Assembly: GCA_051362555.1 (NCBI GenBank)
Contig: CM120640.1
Coordinates: 69,356,788 to 69,420,787 of the forward strand
Reading direction: 5' to 3'
Length of the DNA stretch: 64,000 bases
Origin: Lingula anatina
Taxonomy: Eukaryota > Animalia > Brachiopoda
A model generated the notes under the pieces. It made no database searches. It saw only the letters and a program-made list of their open reading frames with translations, and had not been told where the DNA came from. Shown here piece after piece: positions 12,601-25,998 of the stretch; position 1 is the first letter of the stretch; every line of letters begins with the position of its first letter. Position numbers and translations under genes: made by a program.

Positions 12601-15411
12601 GAGTGTTAATTGTTTCATTCTATTTCAAATCATTTTAATTATAGTTTCACGTTATCAAAATGATTTGAAATAGAATGAAACGATTAACATTTTCTGTTGA
12701 GCCAAGTCAACACAATTTTAATTTAAATCAAAATGCTATTTAACTACAATATAAGAATCTTTCAAGATTTGGTAGCTTGGACGAAAGAAAAATATGAGCA
12801 GGTGAGAGGGGAAAGTATGTTTAAAAAAATAAGAAACTGACAAATGTGTCATAAAGTTGACTTACATCTTGGTGCAAGTCTTTCAGGGCAGCCATGTTCT
12901 CTTTGGATAACAGGAAAGCCTCCTCCTCTTCATTGATAATGTCTTTTTCAAATGATGTATTGGGACACTGGTCAAGTTCTTCTAAAATAGCTGCTATCTC
13001 TTTTTTGGTGTTCAGGAAAACAGTGTGACGCTTTTCCTGCAAACGAGGATAAAACACTGCCTAAAGATCAATGACTTGTGTCACTTACATAATGACAACT
13101 CGGTATAAACATGCTGCAAGACAACTTGGTCCAATTCCCTTCAAGAATTTAAAAGCATTTTGATATTGGCAAATGTTATACCTGAAGGCAAAGCACTAAA
13201 TACAAACATGATGTTGGGTGGTTAAAAAAATATGGGTGGTTAGTCCCGTGTTGAGGTGGAAAAAATGGGGGTCAGGGAAAATTGGCAAAAAAAAAAAAAA
13301 AAAAAAAAAAAAGTTTGTATATTCTATTGTGAAATATTAAAAGAGACAGATTTAATTTCTTTAAAAAGCCTAATCACTATTTCTTACTCTCTCTTCCTCA
13401 AGTGACGCAATATGTTCCCTTAATGAGTTCAGTTCCTCCTCACTGGGCACTGTGCCTGAGGGAATGTAATAGGGTGTTGTACACAGGATGTCACACACAT
13501 GCTGGTCCTGCTCACGCAGCTTCTTCAGGGTTTTCAATCTGTTATGTTTCTCTTTTTGCATGACGTCCACTTTAGTCCGGAGCTCCTTCTCAAGCTGAAG
13601 GATTGATATACCATCTGGGGGCTACAAATATATAAAAAACTGAATTATAAATGGTGGGCGATTTGTATGCAAAATAATTTTCAGAGTCCAGAATTTATCT
13701 AGAATTGATCAATGTAGAAAGGAATCAACATATCTTGGATATTAGACTGGGTTCCCATCCCTTGATTGATCTAACAGGATCTCCACGGAGGTTTTCCCCC
13801 TAAATTGTTTTCAGCTTAAGTGGCTTAGAAATCTGGCACGCCTACTAAAATGGCTAAACAATAGTTTATTACTCCCTATCAGCTTCAGTAGGCATCACAG
13901 GCATCTCAGCCAGTTACGCACATAAGTGAGAATCCCCTTGGAGATCCAAAGTTAGTACGATAATCTCTGGGACCAGTCTCTTATAATCCTCCTAGACTAT
14001 TTTCTTTATTATATATCCAAAGAATCACATTCTCCTTTACCTCATAAAGTTGTACAGCGAGCTCTTTGCTCAGTTTCAGCATGTCTGCACCATATGTTTC
14101 CACATTGCGCAGCAGGTTGGTCTTCAGAGATTCCTCCTCCTTCACCATCTCTTCCAGCAGGTTACGCAGGTGCAGGAACACAACGTCCGTGCGCTCTCGT
14201 CGTTGCTCGTCCAGAATCCCTATCTCGTCCCAGATGTTTTGTAATCTGTTCAGCGTGGTGCCCAGGCACTTGCCCAGCTCCTGCTGCATCTCCTCATGAC
14301 TGGAACATAACAATGGAACAGTGAACAGTGTGAATGTAGTCTTATTAATTTAAAGTATGTTTTTCAAATATCACCAGATTGCAATCAAACCTAAAATTGT
14401 CAGGCCGAAACCACACTCTAATGACCAGTAAGGACTGATGAAAAATTCAGGACTTACTGAAAATGTTGCTTAGTAGGTCCAAGGGAGTAGCAACAATTTT
14501 AAGAACTGCCATTCCTTATTCAAAGTTAGTCCAGCAAACTTTTTGTAAATGCTGATCTGAACGCCTAGCTGTTTTATTAAGTTTTCAGTTTCCACACTAT
14601 TTAGTATACTTATCAATATAACTTAATTGCTAATGAAGTTAATGACACAGGGCAACCTGGTTCAATTATTGATATAATGACATTGAGGTTTGCCTGACAA
14701 GTTTCAGATACAAAAGGGATTAGATTCAAGCATATTGACAGTGAAATGATATACACCGTAACTTATGAAACTTGTAAACATTTTTGTAAATCACAGGAAC
14801 AGCTAATAAAACTAGATTTTAAATTGTTATTGAGCAGACTTTTACATTATTAAATTTAAAAATTCTGTCAGTTACCAAACTTATCACACTGCCAAGTTTA
14901 AAACTGCTTTGAAGTAGTACAGTAGCTTTACCAGAAATGATAATTTGGCTATTACAATCCAAGCTTAGTCTCAACTAATTTGGAAGTTCTGGAGATCTGA
15001 CATTGAACTTCGTTCTAGTAGTGATATGATTCCATTGGAAGTCTTTTTTTCTGTATGTGCTACCTTCATCATCCCCAAAAATCATACAGCTGTGCCACCT
15101 TTCTAACATCGATTTTAACACATTAACTCAAGCAAGCATGAATTATTTATACAAACCCCCCAACAAAGTAATTAACTAACCGAAATTCCATGTAAAATAA
15201 CCAATACTTCTTACGTAAGAAGTATATTACTGTATTGGATATTATAAGTACATATAATTCTATTTAACATTGCATGCGCTGCAGGCCACATAAAGTTGGT
15301 CACCGCCGGGTAAACGTTATCATCACCGCTATATCTGTCTAAGATTAAATCTTGACCCGAAAAACTGTATATGCGACTATTTTGCACTCATTCTTACCTT
15401 CTCGCGGACAT
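6649..15411 (-). CDS. PRC1: Protein regulator of cytokinesis 1 (MAP65/Ase1 family), ~622 aa
   Basis: 13 in-frame GT-AG exons: 15411-15398, 14299-14041, 13621-13388, 13036-12866, 12552-12403, 12167-12020, 11415-11279, 11062-10964, 10705-10559, 10167-10045, 9778-9668, 9544-9350, 6729-6649. Motifs [67 protein letters not shown]. The last-exon choice is least certain. Confidence 0.93.
7905..8160. repeat. ~21-bp minisatellite, about 12 copies, in the last PRC1 intron
   Basis: Recurrent unit resembling CAGGCATCCCCATTCCACATA; explains the repetitive spurious ORFs at 7773-8282. Confidence 0.9.
13745..13980. mobile_element. Harbinger-type MITE, family A (diverged copy), PRC1 intron 2
   Basis: TTA on both sides; shares GATC-rich subterminal blocks and the ...ttattactcccc...cagcttcagtagg... 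core with copies at 19551, 24296, 24767, 37058, 41084 and 44891. Confidence 0.7.
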
Positions 15412-15477
15412 TATTTTGTCTATCTATTAATGTTGGTCATTTAAAATCACAGCGATCCTTCAAGTTTCCATGTAGGG

Positions 15478-15523
15478 TTTCAAATCAAAATTTGTGACCT
15501 GGCCTAGTTTCTGATTGGCCAAT
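15478..15523 (-). promoter_or_regulatory. PRC1 proximal promoter: CHR element (TTTGAA) plus back-to-back CCAAT boxes
   Basis: Plus-strand ttcaaa at 15479-15484 reads TTTGAA on the gene strand, ~70 bp above the ATG; ATTGG/CCAAT at 15514-15523. Confidence 0.65.
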
Positions 15524-17483
15524 TTCAATACTACCCGTCGTCCCATAAACTTCCTGTAACAAGACGCTCCAAAGTCGAGGTTTGTCCTCAATCAAAACAA
15601 TCCCTCAGCACAGGAACAGTTTAAACTTATTTCAAATAACTCCAAATGCCTTGATAAATCTGTTGCTTATATAAATATTTTTACTCACTGAAGGTTTATC
15701 CAAGTTTTACTTATTTTTTCAAATAAAGAAAATTATGTAATGTTTATTTTCCATACCAGTAAATATAATCTTGCTACCCAGTACATTATAGCTTGTTAAA
15801 AGAGTATTTCAATCTGGTGTATGTTGAGATTTTGAAAAAAGATTAATTTCTTTGTAATTAACCTTAAAGAATAATACATAGTAAATTATGAACATATTTT
15901 GATGCCACTTTTCTTTAATTTAACAAATAAAATTGATTTTTCCATATGCCCAAAACACTGAATACAAATGCTTATAATATTTCATAGTTAAGATTCTTTG
16001 CCATGAGAAAAAAATACAATAAATATAGAATATTTAAAAAAAATGAATTAAAAAAATGACATTTAAAGACAACATTATCCTAATCATTCATGGTTATCCT
16101 CATCTAATGCATGTGCAAAATAACTTAAATTATAAGTCATGTGCAAAATAATTTTAATTATAATTAAGTTTTTCTACAAGGTTAGAATTAATAAAAAATG
16201 TTACTGTATTGGATTCCATCAAAGTAAAACAAAAGCAAATACATATTTCAACTTTGTTATTATTTAATATATATTATTTATTAAATTGCTTCATTCAGAT
16301 AACATTTTGTGCAAAAAAGTGCACTATATCTATACTGGTATTTTCAATTGAGCTGCTCTTTCTTAAGCTAAAATTTATATAACAAACCATTACACATACT
16401 GTTTGATATTACTTGCATCAACTCAAATAATACGTAGCCCTCTATGTGTGTTAATTACCTGTATGTACTACAATTACATACATTCAGGAATCATAAAGTC
16501 CTAATCATGGTTCTATTAAACCTTACGTTTAGACAGTTCACCTAAAGTATGTCTGTATGGTAAATTAAATGGGAACTTAGTCCTCCTCCAGAAATGAATC
16601 AACTTTTACTATGTAGGTTTCACAAAACAATGCTTTCTCCTGATTAAAGCTTTGTTCAGAGAATTTTACAATATGGCCCCTCTATTTTATAACTAAATCT
16701 AGAAAAGCACAGACACCTGTAAACATCAAAGTGAATTATGAACGCCAATTAAGAAAAAAATTAACATCAAATTTCTAGCACCATAGGAATGAAAGTAGGT
16801 CAGTTTATTGCTGTAAAAAATTATCATAAATATATTAGTCTGTTGTGTTAGCCACTATGGTAGTCTATAGTAATTAACTGGTACACTTACTGACAAACTA
16901 CTAGTAAATATGGGACTTTTCAAAGATTTTAAAGTACATGTACATATAACTTGCGACAATTTAAGCAGATTATTTTGTCTACAAGTGACCAGTTGATTAA
17001 AATACAAAATTATGGAATCTTTAATTATGCATACTCAGTAGATATATTACTAAGTACATGTATCTAATTAAAATATGCTATAACTTATGTATATGGATAA
17101 CTGCTTGGATAAGTTTTATTATCAATAACTGTATATTAAATGTCTCCTGGTGTTATATATGTAAATTAACTGGGCTTGTGTTTAATCAATATATATTAAT
17201 CTGAGAATAATAAGGTATTTATATGTGTAATGCATCTTGATTGAAATTCAATCTGAATTTACTGAAATTATATATATATATTCTACTGTATCTCTCCAAT
17301 GATTTCCAATAAATGACACCTTTTTGAAAGTCTGTATTGTTTCATCTCATAAAAATGTAATCAGGACAGAAAAAAACTTAGATAGTGATCATAAAAAATC
17401 AAAATGTCAACCTTCCTACAAGAACCACTACCACTTGTGTTTTCTGCGACTGGTGAGGAAGTGATGTTCTATCTCAAGTGTGA

Positions 17484-17915
17484 TCACTCCTTAATAACCT
17501 GTGGCTGATAGTCTGGGCGGACTGCTTTGGTCAAAGACTCAGCGTACAGCTCTAGTCTCTGGGTCATCTGAAGAGAAATATTAGACATGTGCATTGCACA
17601 TCACTAGCATATGCACACAAATACTGGTCATGTACATGTCCATAATGTGGCCTCTATTATGATTACTATGATGGACTGTGGTTTTAATTTAGCCTTACTT
17701 TTTCTTAGACAAGGTTACTGCCAACCTTTACTCAGGTAAAAGCTGTAAGGTAAAAAAAAACTGTAAAAGCTAAAACTAAATAACAGAAAATCCCTAAAGA
17801 TAAAAAATCCTGTAAGTATCTAAATAAATTACATCATCTTAATTCTTTGCTCACAAAAACTTTTTTGAAGACAAAGACAGAGAGAGCAGCAATATTAATT
17901 GAACATTTGAAAAAA

Positions 17916-17954
<39 letters not shown>

Positions 17955-20900
17955 AAAATAAATTAAAAAACTGACAAGTCATAGAACCAAGTTCAGTTGG
18001 AGAATACTAGTAGGAAGGCAAATGATGATAAAATCCACTTTTAAGGGATAATAACTCTTCGTTTTGGCCAAAAAAATGAATTTTGATGGAGTTAACAACA
18101 ATTTTCCATACTTACCCAATGGTTAATGAATCCATTTTTACATTCAAAGTTAGTCCCTGGTTTTTTTCTAAAAAGTCTGTTTTTTGTTATAATCGCTTAA
18201 GAGATTATAACACAGTATAGACATCAGTGTAAGTCACGTAGTCTGAAGACAAGCTCAGATATCAGAATAATAGCTATAACCGTTTTTGTGGTAAAACAGA
18301 ATATATTACATTTCTATGTGTTGTTCACAATGTTTTTATTGTGAAATATAGATCTCATACGAAGAGGTATTATCCCTTTAAACATGAAGTCTGTTTCAAA
18401 GATTCTCTACTTACCCTAAAGTTCCACTTGTCTTTAACCTGACGACACAAGTTCAAGTCCATTTCTACCACAAGTAAACCATCTCTGGTTCTGGATAACC
18501 CCTACAAAACAATATAATACAATGCAATGCAAATTTACTTTAAGCTGTGCAATTGAAATTTTTACATTTAATTTAGTTACAGCTGCGGTATGCAGCGATA
18601 GAAACCCAACAATCATATAATCATACATTATGTGGAGGATGACAAAAAAAAAACAACAACACAGGTCAAAATGCTCTAAAAACCCTCAGTCATATGAAGT
18701 TAAATACATGTATCATTCTCATGGATATGCTAAAATTAAAACAATGTGCCTACAGATTGACACTTAAACTGTGATCACAAAGCCTAAGAGTTTCCTACCG
18801 GGGTCCTGCTGCCATCTGGAGCTGCCACATAGCTTGAACCTTGGAAGAAAGAAACAAAAGATTCAAATGTTCATCCAGGAACAAACTAATAATGGAATTA
18901 TCATTAGAAATTGCATATTCGGTGAACAATTCTGGGAAACCTTTTCACATTATAACAGAGGTATGTATTTTAGCTTAGTTACATACCATAAAAGTGACCA
19001 AAGTCCTTGTGAGCTGGCTTTCCATCTCCAGAGCTGAATTCATTGGCAAAATATTCCTGCAGAACAAGTAACAAATATCCATTAACAAGAATATAAATGA
19101 AACAACAGACCGGTATGTAGTCAAAAAGATATTATATTATATAGTTAGTACATGTTAATAAAACATTAAAAAAGATATAGTTGAATAAACAAGGAGAAAA
19201 GTAACTTCAACCAGTTTCAATGTTCTTCTAAAATGTTCATAAAGAAAATACTCATCTTTATATGTTTTTCTGTATGTAATCAATATCTGGCTTTTTCAAG
19301 ACATTTTCAAGGTAGGGCTTGACACTAAATTTCTCCACTGGCCCTTCATCTACCAGTGAGCTACCATAGCCCTACCAGTGAGGTCCAGTAAACATTACCA
19401 GTGTTACTTGGCACATTACATTTTAATTGCCCTTCAGACCAGTAACCCTCATGATTCACTGGCCCCCGAGATCGACTTTCAATGACCCTGGGCCAGCACG
19501 CCATATTTTTTTATGTGGAACCCTACAAGGTTCCCTCACTACAGCAGTTAGACTGGGTTACCATGCCTAGTTCAATCTAACTGGATCAACCCATCTTGAA
19601 GGGGTTTCTCGCTAAATTGCTTTTAGCTTTATGGCTTATATGTCTGCCACGCCTACTGAAGCCGCAAAATGATAGTTAATTACCCACTAACAGCTTCAGT
19701 GGGTGTGCGAGAGATCTAAGCCGCTGAAGGTGATGGCAATTTAGTGAGAACCCCCTTAGAGATAGATCGATCCAAAGTTAGTATGACAGTCTCTGGGAAT
19801 GGTCTCTTAATCTTAAATGCTACAGTTAGACAGAGTACTCACTGTTCCCACTCTGTTTATGGCACAGGTGAAGTAACTGTTGGCAATTGCTGCATTCCGG
19901 GCCTCAATGGGCCACATAGGCTCACTGCAACATAAGGACTGTAAGATTACATATCCAGTCTGGCTTGTATAGAAAATCAGCTTCATTATTTCATCACACG
20001 GTCATTTTCAAAATGTCATCACATGGTCATTTCTCAGTTAAAAGCCATTACTAAGTTTTTACATACAGCTACAACTGGTTATGAAGAATGCAGCTACTGT
20101 ACAGGTGACAGAGACTTTGCAATTTTTGACTGACTTCACCTAAGAGATCCAACAGTGGCTGATGGATTGAACACAATTTCTGCGCCATTGACGCCATACA
20201 TCATCCAGTTCTGAGGGTGATGGCGTCCATAGCAAATGTTAATAGCAATCTTGCCTGAAATGTGACAATTGTGATTTTATTTGGACAGCCTTTAGGTAAA
20301 AGGGACATCAACAAAGGCATTTTAGCATGTTTCACAAGTTATGTCTCACTTTAAAAAGTGCACAATGAAGCTGATGGGTGCATGACACTGACACTGCCAA
20401 ACACTGACTAATAAACAGACATGAGCCCAGGTTTCAGAAAATAACTCTGAACCATTATTGTGGAACCAAACACCTTTTGTAAATTTTTGGGGGTTTAATT
20501 GCTCTGGGGTCATGTAAAAAAGCAGAATTATGCAGAAAAAGCTCATGTCTGAATAAAGATTTCTCATGCAGAGCACCAAAATAAGCCATCTGGTAGCTGT
20601 ATTCATGCCTACTGTAAATAAGAACCCAATATTTTTACCTTGAGATTTTCTAAAACACTTCTTAGTCTAAACTAAGGGCTCATTTTCAATGAAACTATCA
20701 TTCAACATTGATCAATCCAACTCCGCGGGGTCTCTCGCTGAATGCCTTCAGATTAATATAACTTCTCCTGGTGTTGAGTAAAATACAGAAAAGCTGGCAT
20801 TATATGAGTACACTGAAAACAAGAGGAGGCATGTTAATCTGTGGATCTGATTGCATTCAGCGAGAGTCCCAGCACAGTTGGATGGATCTATGTAGACCAA

Positions 20901-23769
20901 TAGTTTTATTGGGAATGAGCCCTCAAAGTCTACACATAAAACATTCACTACCAAACTGAGTCTGGAACACAGGGTGGCCAGTGTTACCCTCCAAGTAATA
21001 GGTAGACTGAAAAAGATACAAAAACAAAATTTTCTAAATAACTGATTATGACACATACTGTACTGTTACTGTTAACTTTGTAATAGCCTAATTTTGCTGT
21101 ATATCTTAACTGACTGTAGACTAGTAGCAGAGTACAGGGATGTGTGTTAAAGAAGAGCCCTACTAAGAAACTATCTCCTTGATATGCACTGAGCTCATAT
21201 AAACTGAAGCAGAAGGATAATAGGACAAAACCTTTAACAGAACGTTATATTCTCCCTTTTTTCATATACTGTAATGATTAAACAGCCTCCTAAGAAGACA
21301 TAAGTTGTAAAACTGAATGAACTTAAAGGTAACAGTCTGTCAGTCTACATATATACAAGAGTATGTTAACCTCCACTAAAAACACATACTTCATTAAAAT
21401 CCCCAGTTCTAGGAATGTGATTCTTCCTGGACTTTCCAAGCACTGCTCCCGTGTTTGAAATTACAACTGAAATATGAAGCAAATTGCTGTATTTTATAAT
21501 CTAAAAGCAACTTGCTTTATTGTTAAGAAATAATTAGCAGACACTGGGTAAGAGTTTCATTATTATTTGCCATTCATTTGTTGTTACTTTTTCTTCCCTC
21601 CTAAAGACAAAATAACTTTTCTCTATCTGTAATTTTTAAACCCATGAACTACCAGATGCATGTACAATGTACTTGTGCTGATTTGCCTAGCAAATCAAAC
21701 AAATCCACTTTCCCCTACTATTTTTATTTAACCTATCAAGTTTTATAGGTATTATTTTTTGTTTAACTTAATTTCAAATCTAGATCCAATCTAGTGCAGT
21801 ATCAGATAGAAAACAAAATATTTGTCAGTGCATATATTCATTCATATATGCATATATCACTAGCTTTGTTTTTACCTGCAGTGTTTGCCAGTATTTCACC
21901 GTGGGCATCATCTCTCTCTAGTATGGGGGAAATAATCACCATGTTATACCTCTGAGCCAGCTGTCAAAGACAAACATTCACATTGTCAGTGCAAATAAAA
22001 TGCTCTTTACACTGTCAAATTGTTTATCGTTATTAAAAAATGCACTGTACTGTGCAGTGCTGTATTCTGTTTACATTACATTATACTAAATTCAGTCACA
22101 GGGTATGAACACAAACCTCTTGCATAAGTTTGGTGGTTGGTCCCGTCTCTGCTGACTCTGCAAATTCTGTCCATGGGTGTTTTTCTCTAGTACAAAAGGC
22201 AAAAGGCATGGCTGCAATAATGAAGGGGGAATTATAAGAAATGTTTTGTTCCATCCCTATTTTAGTTAAACAGCAAAATTCAAACCTCAATGATAAAAAA
22301 AAAAAAAAATGACTGCACAACATGACCATCTACATGTACTAAAATATTAAAGGTGGCAGAAATAAAAAAGAAAACTTACTCCAGGCCTCCTGCATACACA
22401 CAATATTCACCCCACATTCTGCTGCTGCCTGAATTATGTCACCAATTCTCTGGTGAAGAGCTTCAATCTGAAAAATAATTTTTAAAAATTTTTTTCTTAT
22501 TATATGTGACAACATTAAAGAACAGGTTTACAAACTGATGAGTTTGCAAGTAAAAAACTTTGAAACCTGCTATATTATCCAATAGAAAAGTTATAAAATA
22601 TGACTTATTGTACACAGATATTTACCAAGGAATACAATTTTAAAAATTTGTCACTTGATTTCATTGAGTTGTCTTCATCAGATATGCGCACGCTGAGTAT
22701 TGATAAAAATAACCATGGAATGGAAATATTTTTTTTAATGTACTAGTAAAAGGGCACTGTATTTTCTGTCTCTGTATATTTTGTATATACTTGGGCCTTA
22801 ATAGGTGCATCAGTGGGAAGCACTATCTTGTTCTGGATTAATCCAACCCTCACTGTTCCTGGCGGCCTCAGTTGCTCAGGGGTAGCCTCAAACGCGTATG
22901 CCTTCACTTCAAAGTCCTTGGATATAGCCAGCTGGGTGACTTTATCAGGAATGTGCACTGACCTACATTTTGGCAAAGAGAAAACCGTATTTACTTAGAA
23001 TATAAAAGCCATGCTTTTCTAAATGGGGCATGATGCAGGTATGGGGAAACTGCTGGCCTTACAGAACATGACTGTGTGCCATGTTAGAGGACCTGCAATA
23101 AATTTGATATTGCACATAATTTGGACTGGCAAGGTTTATGTGAAAATACTAAAATAAAAATGAATCTCACGTAAACACAGACTAACAGAAATAAAATACT
23201 TTGTTCAGACAAGCAGATTTTATGTACTAGCAGTACGTGCAGTTCCTCCGGACCTTCAGAATTTTCAAAGGTTTTCCTATGTCTGGGCATTGAAGAAGTA
23301 CATACACATCAATTAAAGAAAAGTACACATACACTAGTACATGTATGTCCCTTGAAAGTTTAACATTCTGATCAGTGAGCTACCATGAACATGAAAATAT
23401 TCCTCAACTTGCCTTCAGCTAATAATTAACAACAAACACAAACAAATAATAATACAATTAATAAATAATTTTACAAAAACAAAAAGTAGGTTTATTCAAT
23501 CAATAATAATAATATGCACAAAAAAAAAAAAAAAAAAAAATAAATAAATAAAAATAATATATAAAATATTTCACTAACATAAGGACACTATACCAGTAGC
23601 CTTTCTTTCATTACATTGGTAACCTGTGTGCATGGACAAACAACTTTAATAGCTGTAGTTTCTCTTACTTGAGTTCTTTCCCATAAAGTATCCTTCTAAC
23701 TTCGGAAAGTTCTTCCCCTTTAATGTTTTTCTCAAGAAGACTTTCTATACTCTCAATTTCTGCTGACAT
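17484..23769 (-). CDS. UPB1: Beta-ureidopropionase (nitrilase family), 383 aa
   Basis: 13 exons: 23769-23669, 22962-22791, 22467-22380, 22211-22117, 21960-21876, 21466-21390, 21006-20952, 20254-20140, 19924-19843, 19056-18987, 18839-18799, 18501-18415, 17567-17484, totalling 1152 nt in frame. Catalytic triad motifs MQEAW (Glu), RKNHIPR (Lys), NICYGRHHP (Cys); also [18 protein letters not shown]. Confidence 0.97.
17912..17960. repeat. (TAAA)n microsatellite
   Basis: Visible tetranucleotide run in the last UPB1 intron. Confidence 0.9.
18045..18377. mobile_element. Non-autonomous DNA transposon with TTAA target site (Kolobok-like MITE)
   Basis: TTAA|GGGATAATAACTCTTCGT ... ACGAAGAGGTATTATCCCT|TTAA terminal inverted repeats; a one-ended fragment of the same element lies at ~40955-41000. 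Confidence 0.7.
19551..19806. mobile_element. Harbinger-type MITE, family A (diverged), UPB1 intron
   Basis: TTA flanks; GACTGGGTT...GGGAATGGTCTC ends; alignable with 13745-13980. Confidence 0.7.
20676..20922. mobile_element. Harbinger-type MITE related to family A, UPB1 intron
   Basis: TIR GGGCTCATT/AATGAGCCC; internal inverted pair CTCTCGCTGAATGC/GCATTCAGCGAGAG; flanks TAA/TCA. Confidence 0.65.
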
Positions 23770-24080
23770 GATCTTGAAATTAAGAAGTCACCGTAGAATC
23801 CTGCTTGCACAGTTATAAGTTTTGGAGTCTGAGCTTCTTTTAGAAATAGACCGTGGCAAAACTCGAAGTATTCAAAACCCAATTAGGTATTATGTCTATA
23901 TGATAAAATTTCTGAGTTAAGAAGAAGTGTATGCTGATAAAATACTGTGTCAAAAAGTTATCCTTGAAAAAATTTAGTATGTGAAATATATGTAGGCATT
24001 GTACATTTATGATGCTTTTACTTTGCTTTTTGAAGTCTTAGTTGCTTTCTATATTTACTTTGGGCTATTGATAGTTTGTG

Positions 24081-24117
24081 GTGGCGCGGAAGTTTGTGTT
24101 GTTTGAGATGTGTAAGT
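24081..24117 (+). promoter_or_regulatory. Putative ZSWIM7 promoter / non-coding first exon, head-to-head with UPB1
   Basis: GGCGCGGAAGT (ETS/GABP-like) in an otherwise AT-rich spacer, followed by a consensus donor GTAAGT at 24112-24117; ~320 bp from the UPB1 ATG. Confidence 0.5.
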
Positions 24118-24295
24118 ATGAGTTTGATTAAAGTAAGCTGTTCGTATGTTAGTTTTAGGTTTTACCATTGGTTCGCATCATGTTTATATTAACTGTCTTA
24201 AGGTTTCCATTTAGACTTTTTAACTTTAACTTAAGTTTACAAGAGCATCGGGAGAATTATCAATTAAGTAAACACCTCTATATATGACTTTATCA

Positions 24296-24506
24296 CCCCA
24301 TTCTCATAGATTAGATCGACCTACATTGGATCGACCTAACTCCCTGGGGGTTCACGCTAAATAGCTGTCAGCCGGGCGGACACGAAAGTTAATTACCCCT
24401 TAAAGCTTGTAGTAGGCGGGGACGGACACTTAAGGGGGATTATCTGACAGTAATCTAGTGAGACTCCCCGCAGTGATAGATCGATCTAAAAGTTGTGAGA
24501 ACAGAG
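24296..24506. mobile_element. Harbinger-type MITE, family A
   Basis: Aligns with 24767-24991 (tagatcgacctaactccctgggg...gtgagactcccc...gatagatcgatctaaaa). Confidence 0.75.
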
Positions 24507-24766
24507 CCTATGTTAGCTACATGTACGCTGTACTGCCTGTATAGCTAGTGCAAGATATCTCAGTGCATTAATTAGGATCTGTACGGTACAGACTCGGCTG
24601 TCATCATGGTTGGTAAGTGGATCTAAAACCATAATATATAACACAATTATACAATGCAAACAATAAATAAATAACATTCAAAATGGGTTAATGAAGGATA
24701 TATATTAAAAAGAATTTAATAAAAATTAAAATCAGCATCTACACCCAGACACATATAGTACTCTAT

Positions 24767-24991
24767 GGGTGTATTCCCAGAGATTTAGATCGATCCAGAG
24801 ATTAAAATTTAGATCGACCTAACTCCCTGGGGGCTCACGCTAAATTGCAGTCAGTCGAGCGCGCACCATAGTTAATTACCCCCTTAGAGATTTCAGTAGG
24901 CGGGACAGACGCTTAAGCCGGCAAAGCTGACAGTAATCTAGTGAGACTCCCCACAAGGATAGATCGATCTAAAATCTATGGAAATGGGGTA
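24767..24991. mobile_element. Harbinger-type MITE, family A
   Basis: 3-bp TSD TAT; paralogous empty site at ~27335 (aactctatgatttacag). Confidence 0.85.
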
Positions 24992-25998
24992 TATGATTTA
25001 CAGCAAATTGAACTTTCCTCCGAGTTGGGGGAGGGGGGGGGGGGGAGGGAGCAATTTTATCCTACACACGAATCATGTTTGTTTTATTCCATTTTGATAT
25101 AATGATTAAGTTTTATATATCTAAATTGGGAAAGATTAGTGGCTTTGCAGGATATGTAGATACAGAAAATATGACTTAGAGAGGTTTTTGAACTCAAACC
25201 ATATACATTGAAGAGTCAGAAGACTATGTGATATCTAGTATTCTGCGAGTTTTCTTTTTTTTTTCTTTCTTTTTTTTTGCATTATGGTAGACTGGTGTGA
25301 AAACTTTTGTGGTACCATAGAATGGTGGTACTAAGGATCGTTAACTATTTAATCCACTATCAAGATCCACTATCAAGTGTGATTGTAAATATCATAATGC
25401 ATTAAAGCTTTACTTTTTTTTTTACATCCCTTTATTGAACTCTTGGTGATTTTCACTGCAGCATATTTCAAAAGCAAATAAGATTACAGACATTAATATA
25501 TTGTTAAAAGTTAATCCCAGTTAAAAGTTAATCCCAAATGAAATTTTAAAGAAAAACTTAAAGAAAATTTAAACAATACTGTATTTTCCTAATAATCCCA
25601 CCACTGTAAATGCACATTGTTTATAAAAGAACAAAATTGTGATGATCTGATAATTATCATCAAAGTCGGAAGAAGTGCACTATAAGCACATATCTGAATA
25701 TGTGTAAATTTCAAATGTCTGAATAATCACAACAATGGAACTTGTACTTAGTAACTTAGGTATCTTCATACTTGCAGGCTCTGGATTTTTTCTTTAACTG
25801 GAATTGTCAGTCATTATTATTCTTATAATTATGTTTCTTTTCCAATACCCTGAAGAGCATTCTGTTCATCCATTCATCTTAGAACTAATTGCATGTTTGT
25901 ATTATCACCGGACTGTCAACTGTTTTTTCACTTTTGTACTATTGATGTAAAAGAAAAAAAAAGAAGTGTGCATGGTCAAAATTGAAAAAATTCATCAT

